Source of the DNA: Spirochaetaceae bacterium
GTDB lineage: Bacteria > Spirochaetota > Spirochaetia > B11-G9
Length of the DNA: 35,674 nt
Reading direction: 5' to 3'
NCBI GenBank assembly: GCA_015493635.1
Contig: WGCU01000076.1
Span: 1-35,674, forward strand
Positions 17,156 through 26,094 of the stretch are shown piece after piece (positions within the stretch are counted from its first letter, which is position 1; each line of letters starts with the position of its first letter). The position numbers and the translations under genes are program-made. Under the pieces are notes generated by a model, which saw only the letters and a program-made list of their open reading frames with translations, searched no databases and had not been told where the DNA came from.

Positions 17156-17905
17156 TTACAGTCCGAACATTTTGCCCCGGATATTTCTTCCTCCATCGAC
17201 AAAGATTGTTTCGCCGGTGATAAAGCTGTTTGACATGAGGGAGAGAACAGCTGCTGAAATTTCTCCGGGAGTACCGGTTCTTTTAAGGAATGTGGCCTCT
17301 TTCATTTTGTCAAGAACTTTCTTTCCGGTTCCTGCCGGCGGAGTAATAATTCCCGGTGCAACAGCATTTACCCGTATGCGGGGGGCAAACTCCACACTCA
17401 TCATTCTTGTAAGGGAAAAAAGCATCTGCTTGCTTAACGAATAAGCTACATGGTTTCTGTCATAGTCAACCATCCGTGCATCAAGAATATTGACAACAGC
17501 TCCCTTTCCGCAGGTATCCCTGAAACTTCGTGCCAGGAGGAATGGTGCAACCGCATTCATGTTTACCGCCGCAATAATATCTTCCGGCTGAAGCGAATCC
17601 AGGGTGCTTTCCGTATAGGCAGATGCCGAATTGATAAGAAAGTCTATATGTTTTGAAAGGCCGAGAGCCCGTGGAATAAGCTCTGTAGTGTGTTCCGTTT
17701 TGGTAAGGTCCTGTTTGAGTATCCACCCTTTTACTCCCCGGGATTTCACAGTCTCAAGAGCGGATACAGCAGTTGCATGTGATGAGTGATAGTGAAGAAT
17801 TATATTCATTCCCGCAGCAGCAAGATCGAGAGCCATTGCTCTTCCCAACCTGCTTCCGGCTCCCGTAATAAGTACTGTTTTCCCTGTGATATTTTCCTGC
17901 CTCAT
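17156..17905 (-). CDS. SDR-family short-chain dehydrogenase/reductase.
   Basis: It has the Rossmann motif TGAGSRLG and the catalytic YSLSK (Y-x3-K) motif. The start was trimmed to MRQENITGK, which has an AGGGAA RBS. Confidence 0.88.
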   Translation of the reverse strand: MRQENITGKTVLITGAGSRLGRAMALDLAAAGMNIILHYHSSHATAVSALETVKSRGVKGWILKQDLTKTEHTTELIPRALGLSKHIDFLINSASAYTESTLDSLQPEDIIAAVNMNAVAPFLLARSFRDTCGKGAVVNILDARMVDYDRNHVAYSLSKQMLFSLTRMMSVEFAPRIRVNAVAPGIITPPAGTGKKVLDKMKEATFLKRTGTPGEISAAVLSLMSNSFITGETIFVDGGRNIRGKMFGL

Positions 17906-18007
17906 ACGTGTTCCCTGCTTTTGAAAAAAATTTATATATTTCGGCTTCCCGTCCGACAATTAATATGATATACTATTTCTTAAAAAAAGAGCAGGGAGTA
18001 GCAGCAA

Positions 18008-18154
18008 ATGTTGAATCCTTCAGATACAGCAATTTCAATTGCTCACGCAGTTATATTTTTTTCGACCATCGGATGTATTGTCTATGTCCTTTTTCACTGG
18101 AATAAACAGGAAACATCCTCAGGTGTTAAAACAAAAGATGAACAGACATCATAA
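18008..18154 (+). CDS. Small ORF (48 aa) absent from the ORF track, which lists only ORFs of 60 aa or more. It has a single predicted TM segment (AISIAHAVIFFSTIGCIVYVLF).
   Basis: A GGGAG RBS lies 8 nt upstream of the ATG, and a strong terminator follows within 10 nt of the stop. It is divergent from the SDR gene. Confidence 0.4.
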   Translation: MLNPSDTAISIAHAVIFFSTIGCIVYVLFHWNKQETSSGVKTKDEQTS

Positions 18155-18162
18155 GGTCAAAA

Positions 18163-18192
18163 AGTAGATCCAGTGCGGTCTACTTTTTTTTT
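18163..18192. terminator. Intrinsic terminator. The stem is agtagatc / ggtctact with one G.U, the loop is cagtgc, and T9 follows. On the other strand it has a 5-T run, so it probably also ends the rlmKL-NYN transcript.
   Basis: I read this from the sequence. It overlaps the last codons of the minus-strand NYN gene. Confidence 0.7.
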
Positions 18193-18935
18193 CGTTTATC
18201 CCTGAAGTATAAGAGTTTCCCCGGTGAATTATTCTGAACTCTTTCATCCTTCTCAAAGAGGGTTGTCGCATCCATCAGTTCTCCCAGTTTTTTGTATCCG
18301 TAGTTACGGGAATCAAATTCAGGAGATTTCTTTGCTATGTTCTGTCCGACATTTCCCAGATATGCCCATCCGCTGTCATCAGCAGAGTCTTCAACTGCGG
18401 TTCTTAAGAGTGAAACAAGCTTTGTATCCTTTTTTAGTTCCCTGGAATCATATTTTTTCTGTACGGTTTCCGATGAGTCTTCACGGAGTATCTCGGTGTA
18501 GATGAACTTGTCACAGGCAACAACGAAAGGCCGTGGAGTTTTTAATTCTCCGAAACCGATAACAAGAAGCCCCTCTTCCCTGATTCTTGATGCAAGACGG
18601 GTAAAATCACTGTCACTTGAAACAAGACAAAAACCGTCAAGTTTTTCAGTATAGAGAAGGTCCATGGCATCTATGATCATGGAGCTGTCGGTTGAATTTT
18701 TCCTGACGGTATAACCGAACTGCTGGATAGGTACAATTGAGTACTCAAGGAGTGTTTCTTTCCACCCCTTCAACTGGGGGCCTGTCCAGTCGCCGTAGAT
18801 TCTTTTGACACTCGCAATGCCGTATTTTGCTACTTCAGCAAGAAGCCCCTCCACAATTGAAGGTTGAGTGTTATCTGCATCTATAAGTACAGCAAGTTTT
18901 TTCTGGGTCTGTACATCATTTTCTTCCATATTCAT
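18180..18935 (-). CDS. NYN-domain (LabA-like, predicted RNase/RNA-binding) protein with a C-terminal OST-HTH/LOTUS domain.
   Basis: The N-terminus LAVLIDADNTQPSIVEGLL...RIYGDW forms the NYN acidic pocket. The C-terminus GWAYLGNVGQNIAKKSPEFDSRNYGYKKLGELM resembles OST-HTH. Its start ATG overlaps the rlmKL stop, giving ATGA. Confidence 0.75.
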   Translation of the reverse strand: MNMEENDVQTQKKLAVLIDADNTQPSIVEGLLAEVAKYGIASVKRIYGDWTGPQLKGWKETLLEYSIVPIQQFGYTVRKNSTDSSMIIDAMDLLYTEKLDGFCLVSSDSDFTRLASRIREEGLLVIGFGELKTPRPFVVACDKFIYTEILREDSSETVQKKYDSRELKKDTKLVSLLRTAVEDSADDSGWAYLGNVGQNIAKKSPEFDSRNYGYKKLGELMDATTLFEKDERVQNNSPGKLLYFRDKRKKK

Positions 18936-21094
18936 GTTCTCCTTATTTCCCAGCAGTAATGTATTTTTTTATGTCGTTCGAAATCTCTGGGTATTGTTTC
19001 TGAGGATATATCCTTAATCGACAGGGAGGGAAAGGCATCTTTTTTCAGTTTGAATTTCCTAAAGTTTGTGGAAAAGAGCATCGTTCCGTTTTTCCGTAAT
19101 AAACGTGAAGTTCTCTCTATAAGATCCTTATAATCCCGCCCAAGGGCAAGTGTTTTATTCATTGTTTTTGAATTTGAGAATGTCGGGGGATCCAGGAATA
19201 TGAGATCGAAAGAATCTCCCGTCTTTTCCAGCCACTGCAGGCAGTCTGCTTTTATGTAGTGGTGCTTACCTTCCGTAAAGCCGTTCAGCTCCATGTTTTC
19301 TTTTGCCCACTGGAGGTACGTGTTCGATTTATCGATGGTTGTTGTTGTTCTTGCCCCTCCTGCGGCAGCATATACGCTGGCGGTTCCTGTATAAGCAAAG
19401 AGATTTAAAAAATCCATTCCTTCCGCCATGGAAGCGATCATCTGACGTGTTATTCTATGATCAAGAAAAATCCCAGTATCAAGATAATCTGAAAGATTAA
19501 TCAAAAAACGGTGCCCGTTTTCCTGCATCAATTTTTTACTGCCGGACCGCCCTGATTTTTCGTACTGGGCTTTTCCCCGCTGCTGTTTGCGCATTTTGAT
19601 GAAAATATCTTTCTTGTGCAGCGGCAGGGTAGCCATAAGGCCGTTAATCATCTCTCTGCGGTGTTGTTCTGCCTTCTTCGGTTCAATCTCCTTCGGGGGA
19701 GCGTATTCCTGAAAGTGAATCCACGAACCTTCATAGTAATCAATAGCAGCGGAATACTCCGGCATGTCAGCATCGTATATCCGGTAGCTTGAAATGTTGT
19801 TTTTTGCAGCCCATCTCTTGAGACTCTTGAGATTCTTTTTCAGGCGGTTGGAAAACATTACAGCTCCCGGTGATGATGGAACTCTTGCTGCAATTTTTTT
19901 TTCAACTTTACGGGACAGATCGTCTCTTTCTTTCTGTGAAAAAATCCGGGACTGGGCAAGGGAGCATTCAATGGGGCCGTTAAAGAAAACATTTACCTTT
20001 TCCGGCTTTAATCCTGTTGCTTTGGAAAGTTCTATATTTCCGGTAAGAATGGAAACTTTCCAGCCCGGGAACTCACGGCGCAGGACATCTCCAATAGTTC
20101 TGTACAGGGGAAGCAGTGATTCTACCTCTTCCAGACGTTCTCCGTAGGGAGGGTTAGAAATGAAAAGTCCGGGAGAGAGAAAAGGAAGGGAAAGATCGCT
20201 GAAATCTCTTCGCTCAACATGAATTTTGTCGTCAAACCCGGCCGCTCTGCAGTTTTCAAGTGCGGCTGCAACTGTTCCTCTGTCTTTGTCGTATCCAAAA
20301 ATCCGGGGGATCTTTTTTCTTCCTTCTTCCTTCCGTTGCCGGGCTTCATCTTCCAGGGTTGTCCAGAGCCGGCGGTTAAACTTTTTCCATGATCCAAGTC
20401 CTGTTTTCCCCCGCATGAGTCCGGGAGCATAGTCTCCTGCTATCATGGCAGCTTCGATAAGAAGTGTCCCCGTTCCGCAGAACCCGTCAACGAGAGGCCC
20501 GCCTTTCTGTGCTATCTTATCATATCCACTCCGGAGTAATAGAGCTGCTCCTGTATTTTCTTTCAGAGGTGCAGGGCCTGTTCTTATCCGGTAACCCCTG
20601 CGGTGCATGCTTACTCCCGAGAGGTCCATACTTATGGTTGCAGTATCATTCTTAACAAGAAGGTGGAGGGTAATATCCGGAGTTTTGTTATCTATGGAAG
20701 GTCTTGAACCCGTTTTTGCCCTGAACTGATCCACGATGGAATCTTTCATTTTTTGTGCTGCAAAGTTTGGGTGAAATTCGGCAGCCGATCGGATAACATC
20801 TGTATGAATGGTAAAGGAACATCTGTTTTCAAACTCATCGGTCCATGAAACCTGGCTGGTACCGGTATATATGTCCTCCGGAGATGTTACAGGAAAGGAA
20901 TGGAGGTTAAGGAGCAGACGGCTTGATACCCGTGACCAGAGAATATGGCGGTATCCTGTTTCCATTGTTCCGGTAAAAGAAACACCTCCGGGAGTTTCCT
21001 TTATGTTTTCTCCGCCGAGAGCTGCAATTTCTGCACTGGAAAGATCTCCCGTATTACGGGGGCATGCAGCAAAGTAGTGAAAAGTAGTCTCCAT
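18932..21094 (-). CDS. rlmL: Bifunctional 23S rRNA methyltransferase RlmKL (m2G2445/m7G2069).
   Basis: At 720 aa it has an N-terminal THUMP-type region and two SAM-methyltransferase modules (DGFCGTGTLLIEAA and NLFAYTGTASVYAA). Confidence 0.88.
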   Translation of the reverse strand: METTFHYFAACPRNTGDLSSAEIAALGGENIKETPGGVSFTGTMETGYRHILWSRVSSRLLLNLHSFPVTSPEDIYTGTSQVSWTDEFENRCSFTIHTDVIRSAAEFHPNFAAQKMKDSIVDQFRAKTGSRPSIDNKTPDITLHLLVKNDTATISMDLSGVSMHRRGYRIRTGPAPLKENTGAALLLRSGYDKIAQKGGPLVDGFCGTGTLLIEAAMIAGDYAPGLMRGKTGLGSWKKFNRRLWTTLEDEARQRKEEGRKKIPRIFGYDKDRGTVAAALENCRAAGFDDKIHVERRDFSDLSLPFLSPGLFISNPPYGERLEEVESLLPLYRTIGDVLRREFPGWKVSILTGNIELSKATGLKPEKVNVFFNGPIECSLAQSRIFSQKERDDLSRKVEKKIAARVPSSPGAVMFSNRLKKNLKSLKRWAAKNNISSYRIYDADMPEYSAAIDYYEGSWIHFQEYAPPKEIEPKKAEQHRREMINGLMATLPLHKKDIFIKMRKQQRGKAQYEKSGRSGSKKLMQENGHRFLINLSDYLDTGIFLDHRITRQMIASMAEGMDFLNLFAYTGTASVYAAAGGARTTTTIDKSNTYLQWAKENMELNGFTEGKHHYIKADCLQWLEKTGDSFDLIFLDPPTFSNSKTMNKTLALGRDYKDLIERTSRLLRKNGTMLFSTNFRKFKLKKDAFPSLSIKDISSETIPRDFERHKKIHYCWEIRRT

Positions 21095-21262
21095 AGTTGT
21101 TTTTCAGTATACATCTTAACCTGCCTGAAGTACAATAACTTGTTTTATGAACACTGATATGTTATTAAAATAGTACAGCAGGAATTACGTATGAAAAAAA
21201 ACTTGTTTTATATAATAAAACGGTGTATCATATAATGAATTCTGTAAGAAAGGAGAGCTTTC

Positions 21263-21475
21263 ATGCGGGGAAAACCAGTAATTGATACCGAACGATGTAA
21301 GGGATGTATGCTGTGTAATGCAGTATGTCCTGAAAACATTATGGGTGTAGGTGAATCTTTCAATAAGCAGGGACTGGCGTATGCTATCTGTGTTAATGAA
21401 GAGGCATGTACAACGTGCAGGTCATGTGCAATCATATGTCCTGAAGCAGCTATTAAAATTATTAAATATGTATAA
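21263..21475 (+). CDS. korD: 4Fe-4S ferredoxin-type delta subunit of a 2-oxoacid:ferredoxin oxidoreductase.
   Basis: It has two CxxCxxCxxxCP clusters (CKGCMLCNAVCP and CTTCRSCAIICP) in 70 aa, immediately upstream of the alpha subunit. Confidence 0.8.
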   Translation: MRGKPVIDTERCKGCMLCNAVCPENIMGVGESFNKQGLAYAICVNEEACTTCRSCAIICPEAAIKIIKYV

Positions 21476-21486
21476 GGATGATTGTT

Positions 21487-22539
21487 ATGAGTGATCGGAT
21501 TCTTATGAAAGGAAACGAAGCAGTCGGGGAGGCTGCCATTATTGCGGGATGCAGACACTATTTTGCGTATCCCATTACTCCCCAGAATGAGATACCGGCT
21601 TACATGGCAAAAAGGCTTCCAGAAGTAGGAGGAACGTTCCTACAGGCGGAAAGTGAGCTGGCGGCTATTAATATGGTGTTTGGAGCTTCAGCCGCAGGAG
21701 CGAGGGTCATGACTTCATCCTCTTCTCCGGGGATAAGTCTCAAGCAGGAAGGAATATCATATATAGCCGGTGCAGAGCTCCCCTGTGTCATTGTTGACAT
21801 GATGCGCGGAGGACCGGGACTTGGAAACATAGCGGGATCCCAGGCCGATTACTTTCAGGCTACCCGCGGTGGTGGGAACGGAGATTACCGGATTATAGTC
21901 CTTGCTCCCGCAAGTGTGCAGGAGCTGGCTGATATTACCATAGAAGCATTTGATCTTGCCGATGAATATCGAATTCCGGTGATGATTCTTGGAGAGGGAT
22001 ACCTTGGACAGATGTCAGAACCCTTTTCTTTGCCCGAACCTTCCGGTAAAACATTTGAAAAACCATGGGCGTTAACAGGTGCAAAGGGAAGAAAACCGAA
22101 TATTATCGCTTCAATGCGGCTTACACCCGAGAATCTTCTTGAAGAACACAATTTAAAGCTGAAAAAAACCTATGACAAGATAACTGAAAAAGAAGTGCGG
22201 TATGAATCCTACCTCCTTGATGATGCTGATTATATCATTGTTGCCTACGGGACAAGCGCGCGGATAAGCCGTTCAGCTATTATAGAACTCAGAAAAGAAG
22301 GTATCAAAGCGGGACTGTTCCGCCCCATATCGTTATGGCCGTATCCGTATAAGGAGCTGAAAAAAGCTGCTTCACATGCAAAGAAGGTGCTGACGGTTGA
22401 GATGAGTCTCGGCCAGATGGTTGAGGATGTCCGTCTTGCTGTCATGGATGATGAAAAGGTTGATTTTTACGGCCGGACAGGAGGAATGCTTCCTGAATCG
22501 GGTGAAATAATAAGGAGGGTCAGACATTATGGAAGCTAA
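21487..22539 (+). CDS. korA: 2-oxoacid:ferredoxin oxidoreductase alpha subunit.
   Basis: It has PFOR domain I/II similarity (ITPQNEI, GGPGLGN). The start is set at the second ATG, which has proper RBS spacing from AAGGA. Confidence 0.9.
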   Translation: MSDRILMKGNEAVGEAAIIAGCRHYFAYPITPQNEIPAYMAKRLPEVGGTFLQAESELAAINMVFGASAAGARVMTSSSSPGISLKQEGISYIAGAELPCVIVDMMRGGPGLGNIAGSQADYFQATRGGGNGDYRIIVLAPASVQELADITIEAFDLADEYRIPVMILGEGYLGQMSEPFSLPEPSGKTFEKPWALTGAKGRKPNIIASMRLTPENLLEEHNLKLKKTYDKITEKEVRYESYLLDDADYIIVAYGTSARISRSAIIELRKEGIKAGLFRPISLWPYPYKELKKAASHAKKVLTVEMSLGQMVEDVRLAVMDDEKVDFYGRTGGMLPESGEIIRRVRHYGS

Positions 22540-23284
22540 AACAGCTGATTTTAAATATGTGTATGACAGACCAAAATCTCTTGTAGATGTTCCTACCCAC
22601 TACTGTCCGGGATGCGGGCATGGGATTGTACATAAAATATTGGCAGAAGTTATTGACGAACTTGGAATACGGGATGATACCATTATTGTGGCTCCTGTCG
22701 GGTGTTCAGTCCTTCTGTACAATTATATAGATGTTGATGGATCCGAGGCTGCTCATGGAAGAGCACCTGCTGTAGCAACAGGTATAAAGAGGGTTCATAA
22801 AGATAAAGTTGTTATTTCGTATCAGGGGGATGGAGATCTTCTTGCTATTGGTACCGCGGAAGCAGTACATGCGGCAAACAGGGGTGAGCATTTTACGACA
22901 ATTTTCATAAACAATGCCATCTACGGTATGACCGGGGGACAGATGGCTCCGACAACCATGGAGAATCAGATTACAAAGACAACTCCCTACGGCCGTGATC
23001 CCGCGGATGTGGGATTTCCCATACGGGCGTGTGAACTTCTCAATACCCTCGAAGCGCCTGTATTTATTGAACGGTGTGCGGTATATGATGTAAAGCATGT
23101 ACTCAAAACGAAGCGGGCTATCAAGAAAGGTCTGCAAAATCAGATTGAAGGGAAGGGCTACTCGTTTATAGAGGTACTTTCCATGTGCCCGACTAATTGG
23201 GGAATCAATCCGGTTAAATCTGCCGAGTGGGTACATGATGTTATGGAACCGTACTACAAACTTGGCAATTTTAGAGATATTTAG
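22529..23284 (+). CDS. korB: 2-oxoacid:ferredoxin oxidoreductase beta subunit (TPP-binding).
   Basis: It has the YCPGCGHG motif and the TPP-binding GDGD motif. It overlaps korA by 11 nt. Confidence 0.9.
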   Translation: MEAKTADFKYVYDRPKSLVDVPTHYCPGCGHGIVHKILAEVIDELGIRDDTIIVAPVGCSVLLYNYIDVDGSEAAHGRAPAVATGIKRVHKDKVVISYQGDGDLLAIGTAEAVHAANRGEHFTTIFINNAIYGMTGGQMAPTTMENQITKTTPYGRDPADVGFPIRACELLNTLEAPVFIERCAVYDVKHVLKTKRAIKKGLQNQIEGKGYSFIEVLSMCPTNWGINPVKSAEWVHDVMEPYYKLGNFRDI

Positions 23285-23301
23285 AAGAGGGGGACAATAC
23301 T

Positions 23302-23835
23302 ATGCATGAAGAGATAATTGTTGCGGGATTTGGTGGCCAGGGAGTTATAATGGCCGGAAAACTGATGTGTATTGCCGCCATGAATGAGGGAAAGCATGTT
23401 TCCCACATTCCCAGTTACGGAGCTGAGATGAGGGGCGGAACAGCAAACTGCTCGGTCGTTATATCGGATGACCCGATAGGTTCTCCCGTAGTACCTGAGC
23501 CTACGGTTGTTATTGCCATGAATCTGCCTTCCATGAGAAAATTTGAGCCCCGGCTTAAGAAGGGAGGGCTGCTTCTCTACAACAGTTCCCTGATTGATGC
23601 AAAACCTGAACGGGATGATATTGAGGTTATTGCCGTTGAGGCGACCGGTATAGCGGAAGAAGTAGGTTCAACCCGGGCTGCTAATATGGCGGCTATCGGG
23701 CGGCTTCTTGCTGCAAAGCCTGATATTGCTTCCATGGATTCTGTAAAGGAAGCCTTAAAAATAGCTGTTTCAAAACGTAATCAGAAGTTTAATGATATTA
23801 ACATAAAGGTTCTTGATAAGGCGCATTCCCTTTAA
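23302..23835 (+). CDS. korC: 2-oxoacid:ferredoxin oxidoreductase gamma subunit.
   Basis: It has the AGFGGQGV motif and is 177 aa, matching the gamma-subunit family. Confidence 0.88.
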   Translation: MHEEIIVAGFGGQGVIMAGKLMCIAAMNEGKHVSHIPSYGAEMRGGTANCSVVISDDPIGSPVVPEPTVVIAMNLPSMRKFEPRLKKGGLLLYNSSLIDAKPERDDIEVIAVEATGIAEEVGSTRAANMAAIGRLLAAKPDIASMDSVKEALKIAVSKRNQKFNDINIKVLDKAHSL

Positions 23836-23864
23836 TAGTGATGAAACTCCGGGATTCCCGGGAA

Positions 23865-23910
23865 AAAAGAAAGCCGCAGGTGTTTACAGTGCCTGCGGCT
23901 TTTTTTAGGT
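23865..23910. terminator. Bidirectional intrinsic terminator. The 10-bp stem is aagccgcagg / cctgcggctt (23871-23880 and 23892-23901), the loop is 11 nt, and T7 follows. An A-run sits on the other side.
   Basis: I read this from the sequence. It lies between the convergent korC and tctA genes. Confidence 0.7.
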
Positions 23911-23912
23911 GA

Positions 23913-25424
23913 CTATTTCTCCGGTGTCCCCCCGGCTTCCTTTTCCTTTTTATTTGCATTGTGGGTCTGAATTAATGGGACAGCAAAGGATGCCACGGCG
24001 AGTAACAGTAAAATAACACTGGCCGGACGGGTGAAAAATACTTTGTAGCCTCCCATTATTACTGCCCGTCTGAAGTTTGTTTCAGCAAGTTTTCCAAGAA
24101 CCATACCAAGAACAATAGGGGCAACGGGAAATCCGTATTTCTTTAACAGCCACCCTGCAAATCCAAAACCGATACAGGACGCGACATCAAAGAAAGAGTA
24201 GTGTACCGCAAAACTTCCAACGATGGATATGGCAAGAATGGACGGAAGGAGAACCTTCTTGGGAATAACGGTAACCTTGATCCATAATCTGCTTCCGAAA
24301 AGTCCAAGTCCAAGCATGACAAAGTTGGCAACAAGAAGAGCAGCGAAAAGCGAGTAGACAATATCAGGCCGTTCTACGAAAAGGAGAGGGCCCGGATTAA
24401 CGTCATGAATCATGAGGGCACCGATAAGGACCGCTGTTGTGGCGCTTCCGGGAATCCCCAGAGCCAGGAGAGGGACAAGCGCTCCTCCGACGGAACTTGA
24501 GTTTGCAGCTTCCGCGGCGGCGACTCCTTCCGGATTTCCGGTTCCAAAGGTTTCCGGATGTTTACTGCTCTTTTTAGCGACATCATAGGATAGAAATGCG
24601 GCAATGGTAGCTCCCGCACCGGGGAAAATACCGATTAGAGTACCGATAACCGAAGAGCGCAGGATGGTTAATTTTAATTTCCAGTAGTCGATAAACTTCG
24701 GCCACTGGGTCTTTTCGAACGTCGATTCAACACCTTTTTCAAGTTTGTATTCTTCAAGACGGGTAAACACTTCACTCAGCGCAAAGAGCCCTATTAGTGC
24801 CGGTACAAGAGCAAACCCGTCAAAGAGTTTGTAGTTTCCGAAGGTAAACCGCTGCACACCTGATATAGGATCGATACCTATCGTATTGATAAGGAGACCG
24901 AGCATTGCGGCAAGAAAGGCTTTTGCCCAGTTTTTTCCTCCAAGGGAGGCAACCGTAGCAAGGCCGAAAATAGCGAGAGCAAAGTATTCAGCGGGATGAA
25001 GCTTTACTGCAAGTCTGGCTAAGGGAACAGAGAAAAAAATGAGAATGATTGTTCCAATGATACCACCTACTGTAGAAGCAACAAGAGATGTTCCCAGTCC
25101 TACCCCTGCTTTACCCTTACGGGTCAACGGATATCCGTCAAAAGAAGTAACAACAGCAGAAGGGGTTCCCGGTGTGTTAATTGTTACAGCGGTAATTGAA
25201 CCTCCGTAGTTGGCGGCTATGTAGATTGATCCAAGAAGAATCAACGAAATCTGCGGTGATAGTTTATAGGTGAACGGTACGAGCAGAGCAACCCCCATTG
25301 AGGGGGAAAGACCGGGCATGGCACCGGCAAGTATACCGAGAATAACACCTACAACAATGGCAACAACCGGCTGGAATCCGGCTAGGTAACCGAACCCGGT
25401 AACAAGATTAGAAAGTAAATCCAT
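23913..25424 (-). CDS. tctA: Tripartite tricarboxylate transporter large permease TctA.
   Basis: It is a 503-aa polytopic membrane protein with TctA/DUF112-type duplicated Gly-rich blocks (GAMPGLSP, GIFPGAGAT). Confidence 0.82.
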   Translation of the reverse strand: MDLLSNLVTGFGYLAGFQPVVAIVVGVILGILAGAMPGLSPSMGVALLVPFTYKLSPQISLILLGSIYIAANYGGSITAVTINTPGTPSAVVTSFDGYPLTRKGKAGVGLGTSLVASTVGGIIGTIILIFFSVPLARLAVKLHPAEYFALAIFGLATVASLGGKNWAKAFLAAMLGLLINTIGIDPISGVQRFTFGNYKLFDGFALVPALIGLFALSEVFTRLEEYKLEKGVESTFEKTQWPKFIDYWKLKLTILRSSVIGTLIGIFPGAGATIAAFLSYDVAKKSSKHPETFGTGNPEGVAAAEAANSSSVGGALVPLLALGIPGSATTAVLIGALMIHDVNPGPLLFVERPDIVYSLFAALLVANFVMLGLGLFGSRLWIKVTVIPKKVLLPSILAISIVGSFAVHYSFFDVASCIGFGFAGWLLKKYGFPVAPIVLGMVLGKLAETNFRRAVIMGGYKVFFTRPASVILLLLAVASFAVPLIQTHNANKKEKEAGGTPEK

Positions 25425-25433
25425 AGTAACTCC

Positions 25434-26000
25434 TTAACCGAAAATCAAGGTTATCAGTTTCCCTGTTGGTAGAGGGACATACAACAGTTTATAAAATGCA
25501 AAGTAAGAGAAGAGCAGCCATCCGGCAGTAAGATAAATTATAACCTTCCATTTCCTGTATGCAAGGTAGTACATTCCCCCCACAAGAAAGAGAATGGTGG
25601 AAATGAAATATCCGATGTACTGCATGAGAATAAGGTACAGTATGGTAAATCCCAGATAGACGAAAACAACGCCGATATGTCCCCACTTGGGATCTTTTTC
25701 TTCAAATCGAAGAAGAGCCTTGATAAGGAGAAGGATGCTGAAACTGAAAATTCCGATTATCCATAGAAGCGGAACAACACCGGGGCCTACACCCGCCTCT
25801 TTTTTTGCAGGGAAACCCAGCAGAATTACAAGAAATACAAAAGCAAGTTCAATAAAAAAAAGAGGGAACAAAATCCGCCCGGCATATTCTTTTTTTGAAG
25901 ATCGAATAACGGCATATGCAGCTATCCCGAAAATAATAATCATGGCACTTAACAAGAGAGTGAATCCGGTGCCCTTTCCTAGATATCTAATTAATTCCAT
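25434..26000 (-). CDS. tctB: Tripartite tricarboxylate transporter small permease TctB (4-TM).
   Basis: It is a 188-aa hydrophobic protein encoded between tctC and tctA. The call rests mainly on that position. Confidence 0.55.
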   Translation of the reverse strand: MELIRYLGKGTGFTLLLSAMIIIFGIAAYAVIRSSKKEYAGRILFPLFFIELAFVFLVILLGFPAKKEAGVGPGVVPLLWIIGIFSFSILLLIKALLRFEEKDPKWGHIGVVFVYLGFTILYLILMQYIGYFISTILFLVGGMYYLAYRKWKVIIYLTAGWLLFSYFAFYKLLYVPLPTGKLITLIFG

Positions 26001-26094
26001 ATTTTTGTCTCTATATTAATTAAGTTAAAAGAAAGGAGTAATCTGCCATAATACCGCACATTACTCCTTAAAAGATAAAGCAGTCCGCAGGGAA

